From NCBI GenBank assembly GCA_973895155.1, contig OZ316896.1, forward strand, positions 22,277,722-22,341,721: DNA of 64,000 bases. The letters are read 5' to 3'. The translations under genes and the position numbers were made by a program. How positions within the stretch are numbered: position 1 is the stretch's first letter; each line of letters opens with the position of its first letter. The DNA comes from Marsupella aquatica (Eukaryota; Plantae; Marchantiophyta). Below, piece by piece: positions 37,253 to 50,199 of this stretch. Under the pieces are notes generated by a model. That model saw only the letters and a list, made by a program, of their open reading frames with translations. It did no database searches and was not told the origin of the DNA.

Positions 37253-38735
37253 TACGGACCCCCATGAGAGGTCTCTTGCAAATTCCCTGCCACGAGGTTG
37301 CGCCACATCACCACAACCAGCCACAAACAGGAATGATCCTTCTTTTAACAATAACAAATGTGCACATTCCTGTTTGTGGCAAAAGCAACGTAATTTTTGG
37401 GACGCCATGCCGTAAATATTAAACGTAAAAAAAACAAAATACAAAGGGAGATATGTCATTTAGTAAAATAAAGTTACCATTTTGATGTTTGTCAAAGATA
37501 TATCAGTGTTTTATATCAAAATGCTTATATTTTTTAACTGTTTGCAAGTTTGAAAAAACCAACCAATAGAAATGTACATAGTTAAAACCCCTTCGGCTTC
37601 ACATTGTAAAATTAAATAATCAATCTCCTTAGTACTTGATAAAATTTGTCAATGTTTGATTCATTGGAAAACTCAAGATCAAGATTTAGAAACTCGTGAC
37701 CTCTTTAGTAGTGTCTTGATAAAATCTCTCAATGTCACACTCATTGGAAAACTAAAGTAAATTCAAAACTCATCATCTCCTTAGTACTTGACAAAATCTA
37801 TCAATGTTAGGTTCATTGGAAAGCTAGAGAAATTTAGATACTCAAGATCTCTCTAATTCTTGACGAATAATCTCAATGTCACACATTAGAAAACCAAAGA
37901 GATTAAAAACCTCATGATCTCTTTAGTATCGTGACAAAATCTGACATGAAATTTGTCAATGTCGGACTCAATGTTGGAAAGCTAAGAGAATTCATGGACT
38001 CATGATCAAAATTTCTTATACTCACACTCATTGGAAAGGCAAAAAAATTCAAAAACTCATTTGGAACTTGACAAAATTTGTCAATCTGAGTCTCATTGGA
38101 AACCCTTTCTTGATTAAGAGATATCACAATCTCATCACCGTCACAAACTTAGCCGTTGAAATTGATTTCTTTGATTACATCGTCATCCCTTGTCCACAAT
38201 GCTTGCTTCCCGGCTTGAATTGTTTGCATTCCTCTAGTCTTTAACTGAAGCTCACTTTGAACATAGGTTGATGCCAAATACAGCCTCTATGTCAAAGAAA
38301 CAATTGTTGGTCTCCCCCTCACACCATAGCTTTCTTAAATAAAAAAAACTACAAATCCTTCATGTGAAGCAATGGCTTGCTTGTTTTGTCTGTTCTTGCC
38401 ATCGAATCGGCAAGCGCTCTTTTGCGAATAGCTAAGTGTTGTCCTCCAGTCTGTCTTGTGGCGGTAATGCTCAATGTAACTCACAAATGACCAATCAGGA
38501 ATGATAGAAACATGATTTTTCCAATGTGTAAGCAAAAATCGTCAAAAAACTCAATTCCTCCATATTTGCCCTTACGTTGATAAATCTCCTCTATGTTTTG
38601 AGCGTTTTATTTTGTACGAGCACACACCAAGACCATCGGGAGACTCAAAACCTTCGATTACCGCCTTGTTGAGAATTGATTTCACTTTATCAAACACACA
38701 TTCCTTGGATGAACATAGGGGGTCCACGGATTAAT
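37253..38735 (+). mobile_element. Non-autonomous relative of the HLE2 element (about 1.48 kb)
   Basis: Left end TACGGACCCCCATGAGAGGTC, with about 150 bp similar to 23172-23325 (including gggacgccatgccgtaaa). Right end AGGGGGTCCACGGATTAAT. It is flanked by T on both sides. Confidence 0.75.
37620..38100. repeat. Degenerate ~70-bp tandem repeat (about 6-7 copies) inside the non-autonomous element
   Basis: Recurring atctc.ttagtacttgacaaaat..tcaatgt...tcattggaaa. Confidence 0.8.
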
Positions 38736-38839
38736 TCTTGTTAAGCACCCTTGGAAGTGACTAAATTTTAGTATCAACACTTATAAAAACTAATATGTCA
38801 TCCCAGCCTAAAAAAGACTAAGAGGACATGACACACAAG

Positions 38840-38985
38840 CACAGAAAAGAAAAGAAATATACACAAACTTTATATAAAAAGGGCCAAACAGAGTACAAAA
38901 GAAGAAACAAAAGAGGTCCCAAGTGGGCAAAACCAAGATCAAAAGGAACCCTCTAAGAACCAAGAAAGGGGAACTAAAAAGACCG
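38840..38985 (-). mobile_element. 3'-UTR fragment of the RLE-type non-LTR retroelement family
   Basis: Its reverse complement aligns with 51710-51895 (ttggttttg.ccacttgggacctc..ttttgtactct.tttggcc). Confidence 0.65.
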
Positions 38986-40163
38986 CACAGGGAGACAAAA
39001 AGCTTGGGCAGGGCCCATTTCAATCGGGACCATGCAAGTGGGCATGATGCATATGCACGAGGAGACAGAAAGCCTAGGCCCCATTTACATGCTGACCAAG
39101 TGGATATAACACTTAAGCACGAGGAGAGTGCTTAAGGAGGCTAAAAGCCCACTGCTCATTTAGATTTAAACCACATATTAAGCACAACGAGAGAAAGTAT
39201 ATGACTCATCTGGGATCAGTCAACTTTCACACACTCAGAGCAAACTTTCTATTTTAATGTCAACCTTAGCCAAAAATCACAAATCTACAGTGGAGATTGA
39301 GAGATGCAAAGAAAAATGCACTGGTTGTCATTATTTTTCTTGTAAAGCCAGCTTCACCTGCAATAAGAAAGCTAGCCAGCCCAAGCCAAGCCAGAGGGTT
39401 GCTCTGGCAAATTTGATGGAGCCAAATCCAGACCATGCTCCGCCACAAGCAACATTTACAAATAGATTAAAGTAAAAGGAAACGAGATAAGTCACGAGGG
39501 TTCACTGTATAGGCTGGCCAGCTCCTCCAAAGACATTGTTGGCCTGGCTACAGTAGCCAGTGTACTCACACATAAATGTCCCTGATGGCCGCCTCCTCCT
39601 CACATACCTGTGTACTTGGTAACCCCTCTGGTAACCAGCTGCTTGGGAGTTTGTGTCATAGATGGGTTCAATTCCCCAGCAAAAAGTTGCTTCACATTGT
39701 TGAATTTGGTTAAGTAACAGTGATTTATAATTTAGTTTCATTGCATCTTAGATGACATTATTTTTCCTCACTTGGCTAACATTGATTTATGATTTAGTTT
39801 AGCTATTCTACATGGCCTTTTCTTCCTCACTTGTTCTTCTTACAGGCCTGGTTCCAACTTGCCAAATCTTCGTATAGACACCCTAGACTTGTTGCCACCC
39901 TGTCTTTGCAGACTGACCTGACTGCTCGCCAAAAACACACCTTGGGTGGACAAGAAATCGCCACCTCTCCTGAGGCCGGTATGGATCCATGAGGTTGCCA
40001 CCTCTTCTTAAGCATCCCAATGGGCAGTTGCCATAGTGGCAACTTGCCCCAAACCTTAAAATAAATATTTTTTATTTCCATGACAATCCCTACCTCACTC
40101 CCACCCAGGCATTTAAAGCTGGCCTGTTTCCGCCCTCTCCTCATCCTAGTTTTTGCAGTTATT

Positions 40164-40167
<4 letters not shown>

Positions 40168-40212
<45 letters not shown>
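40168..40212. repeat. (CT)n microsatellite, about 22 units
   Basis: Perfect TC dinucleotide run. Confidence 0.98.
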
Positions 40213-40217
<5 letters not shown>

Positions 40218-42123
40218 TTTTTAACTAACTTTGTCAGTCTTAGCATTAGGACCTGGTTACATAAGCTGTGTATTTGGGGGTTGGATTGCTCTGATTATTA
40301 TGGCCAGATTTTGGATTTTCCAGAGAAACTATGGGTTGGTAATAGCACAAGGGAGTGTAAAAAACTTCACTCTGTAGCCAAGAAAAGGAGGGCAATTAGT
40401 CTTCTTGTGAACAAATCACTCATTGGTCACAGGCCTGGTTCACATGGTTCTTCATTTACTCACTAACTCCAGGTGAGCTTCCTGCACAGGGAGGGACCTG
40501 GAGTGACAGGGGGTGAGGCAAGGATGGTCAACCCACCAGGGGAGTGGGTCCACGAATTCACCACCCTACTAACAGAAGACAAGGGGCTCTTGCCACATGG
40601 GTACTGGCTACTATAGCACCCCCAAACACTGACTAGCCAGTATTTTTCCTACTAGTTTGGGGTAAAGTAAAGTTTTGGAACCTTTGACTTAGAGATATAT
40701 ACTTGATGGACCCATAAATTGAAAATGTTACTTCTTCATCGGGTACTTGATGGACCCCATGAGGCCTTTCCAATGACCCACATGCCATATGACAAATTTT
40801 TATGCCAAATAATTATGCATCCTGAATCTGGTAGTCCATAACTTTATCCATAACTTTATCTGTCTGTAAATTTAGCTATAACAACTAAGTTAAAGTTTAT
40901 CTTTGGGACCCCTATTGATAAATGCAAATTCCAATTGTTTGCACTTATGGCTAGTGCAAACCCTCATAAACGCTGGAGCCTTCTTTTGGGGGAGTGTGCA
41001 CTTAGAGAGAACTGGGGTCGTCCGAAGTCCCCTAGTCGGTCGTGTGTCGAATTCTTTGACCGAGCTGGTCTTGAGGAAGTCACCGCGATGCCTCCTCCTC
41101 CTCCACCTTTCTGCAGAATGATGGACAACTTGTCGCCGCTTTGCCTCGGATTCCGGAGCGGGTCTGCGCTCTGCACACTGTTGTTGATTTTTAGAACTTG
41201 AGATGGCCGGCATTGAGCAGGTCCTGGCAAATCCTCTAGCTTGAATGGCGGAGTGGAGAGAGTGGCTTCGTGCTTGAGGCAGCTGATCTGCAGCAGCGGT
41301 GATCGTTCACAGTTTCAATCGGCCATGCACTTGTGCTTCTGGAGATGGGATTTCTACGAAATTGCAGATTCCTTGTAGTAAGAATTCGCCTTCCCCCGTC
41401 ACCACTTCGTCACCATTGCTTTGCAGCGTTAAGGGGAGAGTTGAATCTCGCGACATTGCCCGTCAATGGCTTCCTCGCTTCGGCTTCCGCGTGATTACTT
41501 GGTTTCTCGTACCTGGTAGTTTCCGACCTTGCACACGTTATGTACAGTCACGAGATTGTCAATTTTTTTCTCCTGGCTACGCGGGTTCTCTCAGTTAAGT
41601 TTAGTGCAGCTATAGGTTGGTCGATCAGCATTCTGAATGAGAACAAGTTATCTGCCTGTAGGGTCTTTGGAGAAAATGATGTTCGGGCTAGATGCCGTCA
41701 CTGCATATTGAGTGCCAGACTGTCCACATTGTCCGTAGATGTGACCGTTGTTTGCAAAGAGCCCTGAGGTTTGGTCATTGCAATTAGACGATTGCAATTT
41801 GTACCGGGAGGACCTTGCTCTGGCGACTGCTAGCAGCATTCAACATTTTTATGAGGCTGTCGCGTGCTGCTGGTGAAGGTTTATGCATTCCTCGTCACGA
41901 TATGTCCGTTGTGAGAGACAGCTTGGACTTCAGCGTCTCCATAGTTATCTTCGTTGAGAATATGGCGTCCTATGTTGTGTCTCCTGATGATCCAGCTTGC
42001 CCCCAAGTTGTCGCCTTTGTTACAGTTTTAGTCAAGTGAATTGCTTTCGTGTTTAAGCTGGAGAGAGATACTGGCTTTCAGTGGTTGAGCTCTGGTTGAG
42101 GTCTTCTGAGAAGTGGATTCTTT

Positions 42124-44088
42124 TTGAAACTGGATCAAGGACAATTTAGGCATTCGCTTTGGGAGAAGATGTCACCGCCTTTCTTCTTCGTGAGCCTTTT
42201 GTCCATCTTGATGATATGGATGATCACCATCGTGGGACTGCCATCCTACTGCTGGACTTACTTTGTGGTGCCTTGTGTCTCGGTCTACTGTTTCTGTGAC
42301 CGGCAGAAGTTGTCGGAAGGAGTAGTGGGAGAGTTCACCAAGTCTTTCAGGGGAGCGAGTATTTCTGTTGCAATTCTCGCTTCCTTGTACGTGGGTTACC
42401 TTCCTTGGAAGTCGGTCATTCTGCTTTGTTGCATTTTCTGTCTGATCAAAGCTTTCAGCTCCGAGAAGATGATGTTCTCAGGGGACTACTGCGGGGAGTT
42501 AGCTAAATTTGCATGGTGGAGAGTAGCTAAAAAATTAGTTCCCAATCAATTTGACCGAATGGGTTGGAGAGGGGATTGGTCCTATTGTAGTCCCTACAGC
42601 AGAGCACCGCATCGCAGAAGTATAGATTCCTATTACGTCTTGTCGGAACAAGTGTCACGGGAGGAGCGGATTCCAGGTCGATTTGAACTCTCATTCGCCA
42701 TCGAGGACTGTAAAGTAAAGTGCGAGTATTTTCCAACTTGTGGGGATGTTAGGAGCCCAGAGAACATCATCGGCAGAATAACCGCAGAGTCAGAGATAAC
42801 ACAGGAGCCCGTGGTACCCATCGTTTGTGACGATGAGGCAGGAACATCATCTTCTCAAAGACCAGACGAGGCAGGAACGTTATCTTCTCGAAGATCAGAA
42901 GGGGCAGGAACGTCATCTTCTCAAGGACGAGAAGTCGCAGGGCCGTCATCTTCTCAAAGACCAGTTGGGGCAGCGGCAGCAGATGGATGCCCATTGCCAC
43001 AAACTAGGGTTGTGGAGGGACCGGTTCAAATTGAGGCTCAGGCCAACAAGCTTGAGGTGACTTTATGTTTACTACAAGGGGGTGAAGAAATTGACAGCTT
43101 CACATTCTTTCAAATTGATGGCAGCAGGGTCATGGAAATCAAGCGAGCAATGGAGGTGTTGAGAAATCACGGGAACCTTATTTTTTCCAGTTTCCATCGG
43201 GACATCGGCTCTCGTACCCCCAGAGCCCACGCAGGGTGTTATGAGTTTGAGGAGATTTTCTACTTCATCCTAATCAAGGGCTACACGGTCCAAAAGGTCA
43301 AATTGAGTAGCCAGCACGCGTGCTCAATCTCTGGAACGACGATTATGAAAGTTTTACAAACATTAGTGGTAGCTTGGATGCAATATTATCAACTGTCCTC
43401 AGCACCAATGCCTAGCATCTTCACTATGCTGTTTTTTTTCATCTTCGTTCAAGTGTTCTTTGTAATCTTGGAGACTACACTTGCAGAGAAGGATTTCGCC
43501 AAAAGACTGTTGCACTCACTTATCAAGCGTACAATGCCCAATCGAGTCGACGGTTGGTATAAGTATTTTCAAGTGGAGTGCCCATGGTTGACATTTTGCA
43601 ACCAGAGTTATGGTCATCCCTGTACTTTCGAGAATTTCAGGGTTATGTGCTGCTTTGATAGAACCGAAGGACATGTTGCTTCGACTGGGCATCAGCATGA
43701 GTATCTCACCGGGGACTATATGTTTGACATTGGTGAAACATTCTATGATCTCCGAAATGTCAACTTGCGGCTGGAGATTAGGAAGGATGAAAAGGATGAT
43801 GAAGTGGAAGCATTAGTTGTTTATGTCACCTGCATGTGGACAATAAATCGTGAGCAGTTCTATCAAAACATCTTCCGCATTATTGATAGTAGGAAAATTT
43901 CCAATTTGATTGCTGTATTAAATTGGTTGCGTGCCAACAATTGGCAAGGAGTATGCAGAAGATGGAAGAAAAATACAATGCATGTCTTCACTTATGAAGA
44001 GCTTATTGGCAAGATATTGGACGAGGAACATTATTATCTTCCTTGGCTGATTCACGTCAACAATGGTATGACTGTACACGTGGAATGA
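42124..44088 (+). CDS. Hypothetical intronless membrane protein with two related modules; may be the open core of a longer decaying gene
   Basis: 654-codon open frame (first ATG 42169) with hydrophobic segments near the N-terminus and around residues 410-450. A 33-bp x4 repeat (EAGTSSSQR) lies at 42835-42965. The same frame is open upstream at 41815-42039, separated by TGA codons. No family recognised. Confidence 0.6.
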   Translation: MKLDQGQFRHSLWEKMSPPFFFVSLLSILMIWMITIVGLPSYCWTYFVVPCVSVYCFCDRQKLSEGVVGEFTKSFRGASISVAILASLYVGYLPWKSVILLCCIFCLIKAFSSEKMMFSGDYCGELAKFAWWRVAKKLVPNQFDRMGWRGDWSYCSPYSRAPHRRSIDSYYVLSEQVSREERIPGRFELSFAIEDCKVKCEYFPTCGDVRSPENIIGRITAESEITQEPVVPIVCDDEAGTSSSQRPDEAGTLSSRRSEGAGTSSSQGREVAGPSSSQRPVGAAAADGCPLPQTRVVEGPVQIEAQANKLEVTLCLLQGGEEIDSFTFFQIDGSRVMEIKRAMEVLRNHGNLIFSSFHRDIGSRTPRAHAGCYEFEEIFYFILIKGYTVQKVKLSSQHACSISGTTIMKVLQTLVVAWMQYYQLSSAPMPSIFTMLFFFIFVQVFFVILETTLAEKDFAKRLLHSLIKRTMPNRVDGWYKYFQVECPWLTFCNQSYGHPCTFENFRVMCCFDRTEGHVASTGHQHEYLTGDYMFDIGETFYDLRNVNLRLEIRKDEKDDEVEALVVYVTCMWTINREQFYQNIFRIIDSRKISNLIAVLNWLRANNWQGVCRRWKKNTMHVFTYEELIGKILDEEHYYLPWLIHVNNGMTVHVE

Positions 44089-45497
44089 CAGACAGACCAG
44101 AGCACATATTACCATTCCACATCGAGGTGATTGCGTCGAAGAAGTGGCCAATTGGTGACGTAAGCTTGGAGGAGGGAGCTGATGAACTTCTGATAGTGCT
44201 GCTGGACGCTTATTAGGGACGGAAGGGTGAGTCTAAGTTTTTTTGCGGATTGCTGCTTCTGTGTTGGAGGTCATCAACAGGGAGCTCAGGAGAAATCGTC
44301 CACATGCATAAACCACAACTCGGAGCCATGGAGAAGGAGCTTACCATTCACTTCAACCGACCAGTCATCCTGCTTGAAGGTATCTTGCTCGAGGCCAGAT
44401 TTCCGTTTAAACTTGCCTCCTCTCAATTTGTAGGATGGCTATGACTCAGAATCGACATGAAGCCCAAGAAATCTTCTAGCCATTCGCTTCTCATGGATTG
44501 ATCGCGTTCATTGTTCATAAGAATGCCAGTAATCCACAATTCGGGCTCCAGAAGAGGTAGGATCGCGTTAGTCAAGTTTGTAGAAAACTTATGGAAGTGT
44601 TCGCCTTCCTGATAGTCTATTGGTTTTTGTAAGTACGGCTGTTCCTCGGTTCAAAGTGTTTGGATCTATCATGCAGTCCTGGATTTCGTGAGCAATTAAG
44701 TGCGAACTAGTTGAGGGCAACAATTGTCAGATTACGAGTGTCTGGCTTGCAACGGTTTCGTCATAGAAAGCACAAATGCCACTCTAACGTTATCCAACAT
44801 CAACACAGATCTTATGAACTCCTCTGTATATCACTCTACGTTTTTATCTCACCCCAGTAAGGATGTTTCATCGTACAAACTTCGATTTTGAGAGAAGACT
44901 TCTGTTCCTAGCAGAGATTTATACTGCCATTAAAGGTTGAACTATCGCTGTTGTAGGGTGACAGTCTGAATAATCATTTCAATCAAGGGTTTCTGACAGT
45001 CTTTTTGACTCTCTCCGAAACCACGGCTACCACGAATCCAATTGTAAGTAGGGTCATTTTCAAACCTCATTTTCCATCGGGGTGGTCAGGCCCAAGACAG
45101 GTTTGAATAGCTCCTTGGATTTTCTAAATTGTTACGCGCTTGAAAGTTGGAGTAGGACATCGCAGGGGCTTTCTGATTTGTGTGCCCCTCGGTAAAGGAA
45201 GATAGCTTGAGGTTCCACAATACTGGAACAGCAATTCGGTAGTTTGATATCTTATTAGCAAACAAGATGATCATTCCTGATCGTCACGAAATTATTCAAT
45301 CATAAAATCCTATCAAGTGAATCTCTCAACATGAGCCTGGCGGTGATGGATCTGCATGTGACTAAACACCGCACGGGTCTTGTAGTTATGAAAAACTAGA
45401 TTGCGATGAAAACAAGAACACCAAGAAGGCGAACAATCAACCTCCCCTATTCTTAATTCTAGCTCCTACCGCATCATCGTGCGAAGAGGCACTTGTA

Positions 45498-47474
45498 TTA
45501 ACGTCGCTGCTCAAGAAGATCTAGAACTTTAGCCCGCTCATTTTGACATTCTGGATCTCGAGGACTCCACTGAAGGACGTTGTTCAGCTTCTCGATCGCA
45601 TCCTGAAGCTCGACTGGATCAGCACGCGCGTGCCGCAGTGCCTCCTCTCGATGTTTGTTTCGACGGAAACGAAATTTTGATGTTTGCTCTGGAAAGACCT
45701 TAAATAATATCGACCTTATAGTGATGTCGTCACAAGAGATAACAAGTTTCAGGTTCCTGTCATATGGAGATCTTCTCATTCCATTGTCGATAATGGTCCA
45801 TCTACAGTATGTCCTGCCATCAGAGCACTTTACAGGGTCGCACATGATATCCATCGTGATCGGGTCTGTGCATAAATCTTCCAAGTCATCTGCAAACATT
45901 CGATATTTCCCAATTAATGTTTCCACTGATAATAGCCTGGGGGATGCTCATGGGCAATTGCAGCACACATAGCATTGGACTTGAACTGTGCAGTGGATAA
46001 AAACTACATGACGGAAAGTGCAAAACAAATAACATGTAGAGCCGAATCAATTCGAGTCTCTCAATCCCACTGAACTTCAAAATGACAATCATCAGAGCGT
46101 TCGGTTGAAACATACCCTGCACTGGACTTAGAGGAGATTCCACTTCCTTGACGGATTCCTTGACGGATTGCTTGACGGATTCAGCACGCAACCTTTTAGA
46201 ATTGTCCTCAATGGGAGTAACATGCCTAGATGTCTTTCCTTTGGGGATATCGGAAGGGGAAGTAGCCAACATTATTGGATTGATGAGTTCAATGAGCCAC
46301 CTGAAGCGGGTATCTATCATATTTTGAGGCTTGCAAACACTAAAATGATTACATTGACTGACTGTATAGAAGGCATCAATATCATGACGAGCTGATGCTT
46401 CCTCCACCAAATGTCCATACCAACAACCCTGCACATAAGGGACCAGTAAATGTCAGTAGTTCCTCATCAGTGAAGCTCTACAGCAAAAATCCTAACATTT
46501 ACCTCTGAATAATTTTTTTCAGCAGCGAAATGCATCGTACCACTTTAGTTGGACGTCCTGGCATAATCATTTTTGTCGCGCAATTATGATTTCTCCGCCA
46601 CGTGGCGAACCATTCATTTAGTCGAGAGATGTCTGTGCTTAGTACTTTTAAAGGATCCAACATTGAACTTGCATGAGGTAAGGACATTGACTCCACTAGT
46701 TTTGAGCCCAAGAAAGGTGTGGCATAGTACAAAATACCCTTTACATTCTTCAAGAAACTCTCCAACCTGCAAAACTCTTCTCCATTTTTTGACTCGTTGC
46801 TAGACTCAAATCTAGCCAAGGCATCTCGTCTCGCTTGCATTTCTTGGATAAGGGCCTTAATTACAAGCCCTCCAAGACCATGTCCAACAAGGAAAACCGG
46901 ACAATCTATTCTATAAAGGGGAAGTATATCATGCCGTAAGTTCTCTCTGAGTTTATACAAATCCATGTGACCTGTCGTTTTTCCCTTCCAAATGCCAGCA
47001 TCATAATGAGCAGATAAGATTTGAGCTTCTGGATATGCAGTACTAAGCCAGGTTTCAGGCCAAATAACAGGGGGCTCACTACTTGACATCCAGGTTGACT
47101 TATGTAATTGTTGGTCCTTTCCATCCCAAAGGATATCGTGAAAAAAGATAATTAGTGCCTTTGGATTGGCTGGGTCTTGAAACTTGTAGATGGGCTCATG
47201 ATGATCTTCATCCTGCAACCAAGAGGCACACACGTATGATAAAGGAATAGGAAGCCTTCAACGAAAGGGAGATAGACCTTCTCTATAATGTTTAACCCAA
47301 AAGCAACCTACCAAAGATTGAAGAAGTTCTATTATCGAATGAAAACTAACATTAAATAAGATATATGAATCGGATGAAAAACATGGAAGAACAGTGACCA
47401 GTACAATATGTGTGACTCACAGTTGGGGTTGAGCTTGTTGCAGAAAAACCGAGAAAGCCCAAAACATAATTCAT
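45498..47474 (-). CDS. Spliced alpha/beta-hydrolase (SERAC1/PGAP1-like) + U-box + TPR-like helix gene, possibly a young pseudogene (exons 47474-47421, 47212-46541, 46428-46116, 45985 or 45925-45498)
   Basis: Hydrolase motifs IIFFHD, WPETWL..YPEAQILSAHYDA, PVFLVGHGLGGLVIKAL, YYATPFLGS, LVEEASAR..NHFSVCKP. U-box DLCTDPITMDIMCDPVKCSDGRTYCRWTI. The GT-AG introns are phase-compatible (0, 0, 1). Confidence 0.75.
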
Positions 47475-50199
47475 GATGAAGCTAGAGATACCCTTTGGCC
47501 TCCAAGCCGAATGTCGCTGAAATTCCTTGCACAGAAGAGTAGGCAGTCTTGTGATTTAAGAATCCAAAAATCTACATACCCAAACTACAGAATTTAGAAG
47601 ATCGATGGAGCTGAGCAAGAGTCAAACAAACGACAAAATCGGACCAAACTTTGTCAGTTTTAGTTAGAGTACTACGCAATCTAAGTAAGACGAGTAGGAT
47701 GGGTTGCAATGCAATACCTGATGCTTGCTTCGATGATGAGCGGATCAGTAGGGTTCGCGTGATGAGAGAGATTTCTGGACTCAAAGTCACACGTTATGGA
47801 AGATGGCAGCACTGGGTGAGCTTCTCCTGTGAAAATGTGTACTACTTTTCGCTCGACGTTGATAGCTGCACTGCTTTCATTGGGAGGATCCGGCAACACT
47901 CTCCGGATGCTTTCCCCCGTCACAAAAGAGAACTTGAAGACGGCTCCCTGCAATCGCACTTCTTAGATCATCTTCAGCGTGTGCCCCAGTGGACTGCGGT
48001 AATCAAACAATGAAACGAAACATCAGAAACCTTCAACATATTCTAAGCAGCTCTGCAAATCCTTGAAACTATGGTAAGCAGTTCATCGAGATGTTGGGTT
48101 CTGTCAACGGGTGACATAGACTACAATATGTCCAACAGTCACTTAACTTATTACCCATTCTGGAAGAAAGCAAAGTAGACTAGGGTTTGCACCCTTCTTG
48201 AAAGACACAGGTGCCTACACTGGCGACGGCAAACTCTGGCTCGCCCGATCTATCAGCGCCAATCTTCGAATTCTCAACACAATTGTAGCAAGCTCCGCTT
48301 CGAAAACCAAGTGTTCGATGGAAAGGCTCTTGGGTTTGTAAGCCGATCTATTGAAATTCAATCTTCAAAATCACAACACAATTGTAGCAAGCTCCTCTTC
48401 GAAAAGCAATTGTTCGTTGGATAGGGTCTTGGGTTTGGAAGCCGATCTCATGAAATTCCCAAGCTCACGACAGTGGTGTACTTCGCCACATTCTCATCAA
48501 CTTAATCCATTCCACACGAAGGCTTCCGACTGTGTCTGTTCCAATTTGCGTGAGACAACGAAAAACTTATCAGCTTCATAGAGGTAATCTCTATCCGCTC
48601 ACTCTCCTCCTGTCAGGCTACAATAAATTGTTGTAGCCCACATAATTATACACGCAAAGACAATATATTGTTGTATCCTTTTGTGCACGCAAATACTACT
48701 GGCGGTGATTATAAGGGGGCCGTGTAATACGGTCCCACTAGGTGGTCTTGCATGTGGGCAGACTTTCCTGCCCTCACCTTAGCTAAAGAATGACATTCAA
48801 ACAATGACTTGAGAATTTTGTGCCTTTCCCTCTACCCTCGACTTTAAGGTAGTGGATGAGATTCAAATTGACTGAGAATTCTATGTCTCAACCTCATGTC
48901 TCAACCTCCCCTGAAACAAGACCTGATTGCACGTGTGGTGGAGAACCAAGAAACTTTGTGGTCTTTGAGGTCCTGAACTCTCAAAAGGCTTGGGCAATCT
49001 TATATATAAAGTCCCAAGAGAAACTAAAGTTGAGGTCTAGGCTTCTAGAGTGAAGAATCTAAGATAGTGATTCTAGTATCTAACCATAAAATATGTGCAC
49101 AGAAAGGAGTATGTTGTGATATGTATGACTAGCCCTATGCCAGTGCATTGCACTGTGCAAGGAGGGCCGGTCCATAGGGAGTCGGGCCAGGGCAATTATG
49201 GGGCAACAGGAAGCACATATGTGCCAAGGGTACACATTTCTTCCATCAATGATCGGGGAAAACAGTGAATCGAATTCAACAGCTGTGGAGCTTTCCCGCC
49301 CAGGAGCTTTTTTGTATTGGGACGAAGGACGAAAAAAGGCGGGATCCCTTATTATAGTTGTAGATTGTAAAAATGATGGGGCCCAGCCTGATAGGTTTTT
49401 TATCACTTCATTAACCTTCAGAGAATGATAATAGTAAATATATTTTGTTTACACTTTTATTGTACTCTCTTCTATTCATGTTCAAAGAACGGGTAGCTAG
49501 GGCTAGTTCATACTTAAAAGGGCAGCAAGTACCGCCAAATATTGAGATCTGTTTTTTCCTGACCGTTTAGGAAGTGTTATTAGGGGGCCATATATTGAGG
49601 GCTACCTGTATGCAAGACTACCCTAATTGACTGAACCAAGTGGAGTTAATTGGTATAATCCTATCCTATCCTACCCTATGCTGATATAATATAATATGAA
49701 ATATGAACCAGGTTTTCCCTGCCTGCACGTTAGTGGCCCAGCTTGTTCGGCAGTTATCCTTGGAAAGAAAGATAAGAAAAATATAAAGTTTGGTGGAATG
49801 TGAAAACTAGAACCTACCTTAGTTAGAGTTTAAAAGCAGTTTCTCTTTGAAAGAAAAACAAAAATGTGGTGGAATCTGAAAAGTAGAACTGACCTGTATT
49901 CCAAGGTAGCGCAGTACAGAATATAACATAAGATTCTAAACTGCTGTAATTGACTAAACAAGTCTGCTATGTTTTTAGAATCGCAGAATTGAAACATACA
50001 TGTATTCTTAAAGTAGGATAACTCGGAATATTAATTACAAATTCTTCAAAATAACAAACTGTAAAAGTATAAAGATGGGAAGGTATAAAGTACATCATGA
50101 ACAATCAAGGTAGAATAATTCAAGGTTTACTGATAGGTTGGGATAGGTTTTTGTGTCCTTGGTTCTTCTTGTGCTAGGCTTTTGCTCGGTTCCTTTTGG

